Virus record (IMG/VR): IMGVR_UViG_3300037470_000126
Span: 1-64,000 of that record
DNA: 64,000 nt
From: a virus
Lineage: Duplodnaviria > Caudoviricetes
Reading direction: 5' to 3' (one strand)
The position numbers and the translations under genes were made by a program. The notes under the pieces are model-generated. The model saw nothing but the letters and a program-made list of their open reading frames with translations. It had not been told where the DNA came from and did not search any database. Positions 57,407-64,000 of the stretch are shown here, in pieces; the stretch's first letter is position 1, and each line of letters starts with the position of its first letter.

Positions 57407-57726
57407 CCTGGGTCCTCGACTATCTAGAGGACATCTGGAGCGATCTATCCGCCTTCCACCGAGTCGGAGAATGGGACGAGGTAGAGGACATGAGCGCTGA
57501 ACGCTTCTTCTCGTTCACAGATCGCCTAGTGAGCTACAGCGGCGTTGTAAGGGCCCGAGCATCGCGTGAGCGTCACTCTGTATCAGACTCGTCTGACAGC
57601 GCCCCTAACGCGCGTACAGAGACGCGACAGACGTCCTCTAGAAGCAACGACGGCGGCGTTAAGCATTACCGGGACGTCAAGCATAACCCCGAGCTATCCG
57701 TGTACTTTGAGAAGGGAGCGGGCTAG
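57362..57726 (+). CDS. Frameshift extension of the tail chaperone (G-T)
   Basis: -1 frame reads APFWQEPSPRLQEVAWVLDYLEDIWSDLSAFHRV...MSAERFFSF...EKGAG*. Confidence 0.75.
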
Positions 57727-60700
57727 TGGCTGTGAGAGTGGCTGATGGTATTGTAACCATCAGTGCCCAGATTGACGACAATACGGTTCGTCGCTCTGCC
57801 ACACGAGCCGGTCAGCGTGCCGGCGACTCGTTCTCCCGTGGCTTTGTCCGCACCGCCGATGACGGGATGGATCCCGCTCGGTTCAGGCGCATGGGTGACG
57901 ATGCGGGAGACGGCCTGGTTCGGGGTGCTGACGGTCGTCTCCGGAACTCTCGGGGGCGGTTTGCACGAGCCGGAACCCAAGCTGGTGACTCGTTCTCCAC
58001 AGGTCTAGGTGACGGCGGCTCACGAGGCATGAACCAGGCCTCCGGCAAGATGGGCAAGGCTCTTGCCGCCGGCGCTGCATTCGCGGCCGCTGGTGCTGCT
58101 GTGGGAGCCGTGTTCGTTAAGGCCTTCGCCGACGCTATGGCTCAGGAACAGTCCGTCGCTCTCCTGTCCGCTCAGGTGGGAGCCTTCGGGCCGGAGTCCA
58201 AGAAGCTCGGCAAGGTCGCGGGCTCTCTGTACGCGGACGGTTATGGTGAGTCGTTCGGCGACGTAACCGACGCCATCCGCGGCGTCAAACAGAACATGAA
58301 CGCCCTCGGCGTGTCGGGTGACGAGGACCTAAAGAAGATCGCCAAAGGCTCCATGAACGTGAGCCAGATCATGGGCGAAGACGTGGGTAAGACTACCCGC
58401 GCCGTGGCCAAGATGATCAAAACGGGGATCGCCAAGAACTCCGAAGAGGCTTTCGATATCCTCACGCGCGGCGTACAGACGGGCGCCAATGAAGCTGAGG
58501 ACCTGCTAGACACCTTCTCGGAGTACAGCACCCAGTTCCGGAACGTCGGGCTCAATGGCAAGCAGGCAATGGGCCTGATTAGCCAGGGTCTACAGGGCGG
58601 CGCTCGTGATGCTGACTTGGTGGCCGACACTATCAAGGAATTCTCCATCGAGGCGGTACAGGGTGGAGAGCGCGTTCGTGGAGGCTTTGAAAGCCTCAAG
58701 CTAAATGCGGATGACATGGTGGATGCCTTTGCCGCAGGCGGACCGAAGGCGGCCGAGGCATTCGACACGGTACTGGATAAGCTCCGAGACATCAAGGATC
58801 CCGCCGAGCGGAACGCCGTTGCAGTAGAAGTGTTCGGTACCAAGGCCGAGGACATGGGCGATGCTCTATTCGCCTTGGACCCGTCCAAGGCTGAGAAGAC
58901 CCTCGGCGATGTGGGCGGTGCGGCCAAGAAGGCCGGCGACATGATCCACTCCAGCCTTTCCGCGAGGCTAGAGCGGCTAAAGCGGACCATGCAACAGGGC
59001 TTGGTCAACTTCATCAACGACAGGGTTATGCCGGTCATTGACCGGTTCGCCAAGTGGATGAAAGACAACCCCAAGATCGTTAAGCCGGTCATCGAGGCCA
59101 TGAAGACCTTGGCCATTGTGTTCGGCGGCCTGGCTGTCGGTGGTGCGATCATTGCCGGCGTCGCCGCTGCGTTCGCTCTCGTGTCTGGCCCCGTTCTCGC
59201 GGTGATCGCTGCCATTGCTGCCCTAACCCTCGGCCTCAAGTTCGCATGGCAGAACTCGGAGACCTTCCGAGACGTCGTACTAGGTGTGTGGGACAAGGTC
59301 AAGGAAGGTGCCGAGGCCGCGGTCAAGTTCTTCAAGTCCGACGTGGTTCCCACCTTCGTCAACGCCTGGGACAGCATCAAGGAGAAGGGTCAGGTCCTAC
59401 TAGACTTTTTCCAGGGTACTCTGTGGCCTATGCTCCAGGCGGGCTGGGATATCCTGGTCGCCGCGGTCCAGCCAATCATCGAGCGGTTTAAGGGCTTCTT
59501 TGATGACATGGCCGGCAAGGGTGAGGGACTGTCCGGTGTCTGGGAGACGGTAACCACATTCATCGGTGAGAAGGTCAATGAGATCTGGGACGTAATCCAG
59601 ACCGCTCTAGAGGCCATCACCGCCATCTGGGAGAAGCACAAGGGTTGGATTATTCCCACCCTAACATTCATCTGGACCACCATCGGCACGATCATCGGCG
59701 TGGCTCTCGGTAACATCTGGGCCACGATCAAGGGTGTCTGGACTGCCATCTCCGGCGTGATCTCAGGCGCCATGCAGGTGATCAAGGGTATCATCCAGGT
59801 TATCACCGGCATCATTACCCTCGACTGGAAGACCACCTGGGAGGGGATCAAGAACATCTTTGGCGGCATCTGGAAGGCCGTCCTCTCAATCCTCAAGGGC
59901 GCCTGGCAGATCATGAAGGGCGTCTTTACCAACATGTGGAACTTCATTACGGGGATCTTCAAGAAGCTGTTTAACTGGCTGGTTGGTAACTCCCTCATCC
60001 CCGACCTGGTAAAGGCCATCATCAAGTGGTTCACCACTCTCCGGGATAAGGCTGTCGCCCTTATCGGGTTGCTCAAGGACTGGGTGATCAGGCGATTCAA
60101 TGCCCTAAGGGATTCAGCGGTTCGAGCGGTCACCAACCTGCGGGATCGAGCCGTCGCCATTTTCAACAACATCCGCGACTGGGTTACGTCCCGAGCGCGT
60201 AAGCTCCGGGACAATGTCGTCGGGGCATTCAACACCTTCAAAGATAAGGCCATCTCAGCCTTCAGGAAGGCTAAAGACGGCATCAAGGTTGTCTGGAACA
60301 AGCTTAAGAAGCTGGCAGCCAGCCCCGTCAACTTCGTAATCGGGACGGTCTACAACAAGGGTATCCGGAAGTTCTGGAACGCCATCGCGGGTAAGGTCGG
60401 GCTCGGCAAGCTAGGCGAGATCCCCACCCTCAAGTTCCAGAAGGGTGGTGTGGCGGATCTTCGTAACGGCGCCAAGCTACCCGGCTTCTCCACCAAGGAT
60501 GATACGCTCGCCATGGTTCGAAGTGGCGAAGGCGTTCTAGTCCCGGAGGCTGTCCAGGCTCTCGGCGGTGCTCAGTTCATCAACCGTGCCAACCGGATGA
60601 AGGGACGAGCCGGCTCCCTAGCGGGGAAGAGTAAGGGAACTGGAATTCCTCACTTCTTCCTCGGCGGCATCGTGGACGCGGTCGGTGGATTCATTGACAA

Positions 60701-61664
60701 GGGCAAGGACTTTTTTAAGCAGGGCTTTGTAAAGGCCCTCAACGCAGTGACCGCTCCTATCGTGAATAACATGAAGGACCGGTTTGGAACGTCAGGCTTC
60801 AAGGGACTTCCCACACAAGCCGTTATGGCGATCGTGAGTAAGATCAAGGCTTTCCTTGGTCCGAAGGCTGGTCAGCTTGAAGGCGGTGACGGCAAGAAGG
60901 TCGCGGACGTTGCTCGCTCCCAGACGGGTTACTACGGCCGCCCGAACAAGTTCACCAAGGCACCAGGCATGTGGACCGACGAGTGGTGCGGCATGTTCGT
61001 GGACTGGGTGTTCAAGAAGGCCGGCGCCAGTAAGGCCCTGAGCGGGATCCGTACTCCCTCCGTCGCCTCGTACCGACAGATGGGCAGCACGAGCAAGGGC
61101 TCCATGAGGCCCGGCGACCTCGCTCTGTACCGCGGTGACTCTGGCCACATCAACATCGTGACCGATCCCAAGTCCAAGGAAACTGTCGGCGGTAACGAGT
61201 CGAACAACCGGGTGGCCAAGACCCGCGGCTACGTCAACTCCGCGTCCTCGATCCGTCGACCTGCGTTCGCACGAGGAGGCGTCCTAGACGCCCGTACAGT
61301 GCGTTTGGCGGGAGGCCTAGAGGGACTACGCAACATTGCTTGGCAGGACCGTCTAGAGTCCCCTGACGTCGATCCTGAGACTCAGCGTCGCCGTGCTCTG
61401 TTCGCAGCTCCGCCGTGGGTGTCTCGTGATATGGGTGGCCTACTACCCGACGGCATGATGGCTGTCAACACTTCGGGTACGGCTGAGGTTGTCAGTACAC
61501 TTGATCAGTTGAAGGCGCTGGTGGCCTCCGGTAAGGGTCAAACCTACATCTTCAACGAGGGCGCCATTACCCTTGACGCCTCCAAGATCAAGAGTGTCCA
61601 AGATCTAGTGGACATGATTGAGTCCATCCAGGTTACCTCACGTCAGTTTGGAGCGAGACTGTGA
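57726..61664 (+). CDS. Tape measure protein with a C-terminal CHAP-like peptidoglycan hydrolase
   Basis: 1312 aa, Ala/Gly-rich, W/F-periodic repeats; EWCGMFVDWVF...PGDL...GHINIV...VGGNE. Confidence 0.92.
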   Translation: MAVRVADGIVTISAQIDDNTVRRSATRAGQRAGDSFSRGFVRTADDGMDPARFRRMGDDAGDGLVRGADGRLRNSRGRFARAGTQAGDSFSTGLGDGGSRGMNQASGKMGKALAAGAAFAAAGAAVGAVFVKAFADAMAQEQSVALLSAQVGAFGPESKKLGKVAGSLYADGYGESFGDVTDAIRGVKQNMNALGVSGDEDLKKIAKGSMNVSQIMGEDVGKTTRAVAKMIKTGIAKNSEEAFDILTRGVQTGANEAEDLLDTFSEYSTQFRNVGLNGKQAMGLISQGLQGGARDADLVADTIKEFSIEAVQGGERVRGGFESLKLNADDMVDAFAAGGPKAAEAFDTVLDKLRDIKDPAERNAVAVEVFGTKAEDMGDALFALDPSKAEKTLGDVGGAAKKAGDMIHSSLSARLERLKRTMQQGLVNFINDRVMPVIDRFAKWMKDNPKIVKPVIEAMKTLAIVFGGLAVGGAIIAGVAAAFALVSGPVLAVIAAIAALTLGLKFAWQNSETFRDVVLGVWDKVKEGAEAAVKFFKSDVVPTFVNAWDSIKEKGQVLLDFFQGTLWPMLQAGWDILVAAVQPIIERFKGFFDDMAGKGEGLSGVWETVTTFIGEKVNEIWDVIQTALEAITAIWEKHKGWIIPTLTFIWTTIGTIIGVALGNIWATIKGVWTAISGVISGAMQVIKGIIQVITGIITLDWKTTWEGIKNIFGGIWKAVLSILKGAWQIMKGVFTNMWNFITGIFKKLFNWLVGNSLIPDLVKAIIKWFTTLRDKAVALIGLLKDWVIRRFNALRDSAVRAVTNLRDRAVAIFNNIRDWVTSRARKLRDNVVGAFNTFKDKAISAFRKAKDGIKVVWNKLKKLAASPVNFVIGTVYNKGIRKFWNAIAGKVGLGKLGEIPTLKFQKGGVADLRNGAKLPGFSTKDDTLAMVRSGEGVLVPEAVQALGGAQFINRANRMKGRAGSLAGKSKGTGIPHFFLGGIVDAVGGFIDKGKDFFKQGFVKALNAVTAPIVNNMKDRFGTSGFKGLPTQAVMAIVSKIKAFLGPKAGQLEGGDGKKVADVARSQTGYYGRPNKFTKAPGMWTDEWCGMFVDWVFKKAGASKALSGIRTPSVASYRQMGSTSKGSMRPGDLALYRGDSGHINIVTDPKSKETVGGNESNNRVAKTRGYVNSASSIRRPAFARGGVLDARTVRLAGGLEGLRNIAWQDRLESPDVDPETQRRRALFAAPPWVSRDMGGLLPDGMMAVNTSGTAEVVSTLDQLKALVASGKGQTYIFNEGAITLDASKIKSVQDLVDMIESIQVTSRQFGARL

Positions 61665-62089
61665 GTATCCACGACGACCTGGGAGCCCTCCGAGAAGAAG
61701 CTCCCACCGCCGCCCAGGCGTTGCAACGTATCAGCCGGGAGAAGGCCCGAGAGGTAGCGAGGCAGTGGGATAAGCACCCCTCCCGGAACATGGACGGTAC
61801 CGCTACGTTCCACACCCGCGCAGGAAAGGCGACCATCGGGTCCATCCGATACCACCCGGATGATGACCGACTGGACTCTGTAGAGGTCTGGACTGGCCCC
61901 CAGCAGGGTCCTCCCCAGTACCGCCTCATCAATCCGCCTATGCTTGTTCCCGACTCCCGCGGTGAGGTGGTATTGAACGAGGTCAACAAGGCAAGAGGGA
62001 AGACCACCGCCCGCCGCTATCGGATTGATCCCCTCGTGGCCATCGCGGAATTCATCGCGTCTCACCAGGGTGGGAAGGAAAAGGGATGA
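61661..62089 (+). CDS. Hypothetical protein
   Basis: GTGA/ATGA-coupled on both sides. Confidence 0.7.
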   Translation: MSIHDDLGALREEAPTAAQALQRISREKAREVARQWDKHPSRNMDGTATFHTRAGKATIGSIRYHPDDDRLDSVEVWTGPQQGPPQYRLINPPMLVPDSRGEVVLNEVNKARGKTTARRYRIDPLVAIAEFIASHQGGKEKG

Positions 62090-64000
62090 CCACCACCGTA
62101 GCATTCGCCAACACGAATGACGCCTATCTGTTCTCGGGGTCCTCGTCTTATTCCTCCGCTCTGTCCGGGCCCGCCGACGGTGTGAGCGCGGTTGACGACG
62201 CCTCGCTATTCATCGGCCAGCAACTCTCCGGCAGTACGTTCACCATCTACCAGGCGTTTGTCCAGTTCGGCTACACCGCAGCCGCGGACCAGATGCCGAC
62301 CTCCGCGTACTTCCGTCTGAACTCCCACAGTGTTACCGGCACTAGCGTGGCTCGTGGTCTGGAAGTTCAGACCTTCGACTGGGATGGCACGGTAGATGTC
62401 AACGACTGGCGCACGCCGGCACAGCTAGCCCTGGGCAATAACAACCGTGTTGCCAACCTGATCGACATCCAGAATGCCAGTAACCTAACCATGCGTGCGG
62501 GCATCCCGGATCTAGACGAGGTGGACGACGACGCCACCCTCCGGTACGTCATCAACTCCACGAACAACCGCCAGCAGGAAGCCCCGTCTAGTCTAGAGTA
62601 CAACGGCATCCGCTCAGCGGACTACAGCGGCACCTCGGCGGATCCCGCGCTGTACGTAGCCAGCGTTACGGACTCCCTCCTGAACCGCTCCCTAGGTGCC
62701 CAGGTTCAGCTCTCAGACGGCACCCACGTTTACATCGAGTTCTCCAGCGTGGTCGACGGGGAGGACGACAACTCCCTAATCCATCAGGACAACGATGGGA
62801 ACACCACCAACCTCGGAACCTTCACTGGTCAGACGTTCACCCGACGGGGAGCCCAGAACTACTCACTGGCTCGTGACGCCGACGATAACCTGTACGTCAT
62901 CAACCAGAGGGACGCGGACAACTCCCTAAACTGCCGGGCATTCATCAAGGGCTCCGGTTACTCGTGGTCCACTGGAACTCTGCGGGGTCTAACCCTGCCC
63001 ACCTACGAGTCAGACGTTAACAACACCGCTCTTACCTGGCACCCTCAGGGCGGCTCGTTCGGCACTCTGGTGGCTCTCATCGGTCACCGGGCGGCGGGCA
63101 ACCGCAACCGAGAGAACCAGATGCTTTATGCCCTACTGAACTGTGACCACCTGATCAACGGGTCCGGGTCTCTGGCTCGTCGGGTAGCCAGCGCGGACGG
63201 CCTTCTCGTTGCCGGCACCTCCATCAACGGGTTCAACAACTTCCCGAATGAGACGGGTACCCTTCTGGATGTCTCGTCGGCCCAGGAAGGATCTGCCCGC
63301 GGGTACGTGATGAGCACGGCTCGTCACCACGTACTATCAGCCAACTCGGGGCAGTCTGTAGCCCGGTACACCTTGAACGGGTCGGGTACCGGCTTCTCGG
63401 AGGTGTGGAACTTCCACGACAACTTCTCCGGGTTCTCCACCAAGGATGCCAATGCCAAGTCCCGTCTACTTCCGGTCTCTGAGTCTCGGTATGCCACGGT
63501 AAATGCCAGCTCATCCACTGAGTTCGGCCTGGTGGTTAAGCACCGGCAACAGCTCGGTAATGAGTTCACCGTGTTGGCAGACGTGAGGCTGGATGAGCAG
63601 GACCTAACCTCCATGCCGTCCGCCTCTACTCTGTCCACCGCGAACAACTGGGACGCCATCTATAACCCGCTGGATAACCGGGTATGGGTGTACTACTTTG
63701 ACACCAACGACGGTCAAAGGCTCATGCGTACCCACGTGGATCTCAGCACAGGCCAAGCCGGCCAGGACGAGGTGGAAGTAAACGACTCGGTCGGAGCTAC
63801 CGGGTCAACCAACCACGCCATCCGTGTTCACCGCCACCACACCATCGGTGAGCAGATGCTCATTACGGTGGCCAATGAGACCTCAGGTGGAACTCACTCG
63901 CTCATCTACGTTGACGACTTGATTAACGTAGCTCCTGACCAGCCCGTATTGATCCCTAAGGAGAATTTCGACTCAGACGAAGAGGCTACCTTTGAGTGGA
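62086..64000 (+). CDS. Minor tail protein, running off the right edge
   Basis: ATG at 62086 after GGAAGG; the segments I translated (first ~220 codons and the last line) have no stop; Ser/Thr/Asn-rich beta sequence ending APDQPVLIPKENFDSDEEATFEW. Confidence 0.8.
   Translation, partial: MTTTVAFANTNDAYLFSGSSSYSSALSGPADGVSAVDDASLFIGQQLSGSTFTIYQAFVQFGYTAAADQMPTSAYFRLNSHSVTGTSVARGLEVQTFDWDGTVDVNDWRTPAQLALGNNNRVANLIDIQNASNLTMRAGIPDLDEVDDDATLRYVINSTNNRQQEAPSSLEYNGIRSADYSGTSADPALYVASVTDSLLNRSLGAQVQLSDGTHVYIEFSSVVDGEDDNSLIHQDNDGNTTNLGTFTGQTFTRRGAQNYSLARDADDNLYVINQRDADNSLNCRAFIKGSGYSWSTGTLRGLTLPTYESDVNNTALTWHPQGGSFGTLVALIGHRAAGNRNRENQMLYALLNCDHLINGSGSLARRVASADGLLVAGTSINGFNNFPNETGTLLDVSSAQEGSARGYVMSTARHHVLSANSGQSVARYTLNGSGTGFSEVWNFHDNFSGFSTKDANAKSRLLPVSESRYATVNASSSTEFGLVVKHRQQLGNEFTVLADVRLDEQDLTSMPSASTLSTANNWDAIYNPLDNRVWVYYFDTNDGQRLMRTHVDLSTGQAGQDEVEVNDSVGATGSTNHAIRVHRHHTIGEQMLITVANETSGGTHSLIYVDDLINVAPDQPVLIPKENFDSDEEATFEW

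Noticed and set aside
2957-57612. Dispersed CCTAACGC motif as a Chi-like or packaging signal
   Set aside because: About eight copies were seen, and a rough base-composition estimate gives a similar number by chance over both strands; a proper Markov test is needed before claiming enrichment.

Overview
This window is most of the genome of a GC-rich tailed dsDNA phage with siphovirus-type morphogenesis genes (HK97-type capsid, long tape measure). The host is probably actinobacterial and most likely Streptomyces; this is inferred from sigma70/HrdB-like promoters, leaderless starts, a LuxR regulator and an rrn-like boxA. No integrase, repressor cassette, lysin or CRISPR array was seen. Layout: (i) 1-5.4 kb, small leftward genes including a HAD phosphatase and a tandem-LuxR regulator; (ii) 5.4-6.1 kb, non-coding hairpins and phased GAAC repeats, a candidate origin; (iii) 6.1-23.3 kb, a rightward replication operon with primase-helicase, SNF2 helicase, PolA carrying an N-terminal UDG-like Fe-S domain, exonuclease, AAA ATPase, two OB-fold SSB-like genes and VRR-NUC. 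This operon also holds a nucleotide-modification block: NMP kinase, dNTP pyrophosphatase, TWO thymidylate-synthase-fold genes that both have the cytosine-specific Asp, and a dCMP deaminase invaded by a homing endonuclease; (iv) 23.3-36.6 kb, an array of about 20 mostly single-gene cassettes, most with their own near-consensus promoter and terminator. Seven of these promoters have a helically phased palindromic operator upstream, and nine otherwise largely unrelated cassette proteins share an H-x2-C-x-H-x9-C-R module. The array also contains two atypical tRNAs, two other structured RNAs and boxA-like sites; (v) 37-45 kb, a sugar and modification cluster (NDP-sugar dehydratase, 2OG oxygenase, pyruvyltransferase, three glycosyltransferases, a sulfotransferase-like gene, three P-loop proteins); (vi) 45-64 kb, packaging, head and tail genes. 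The strongest candidates for undescribed systems are the zinc-module-tagged cassette array, the dual-TS cytosine hypermodification pathway and the glycan cluster. All family assignments come from motif reading by eye; no database searches were run.
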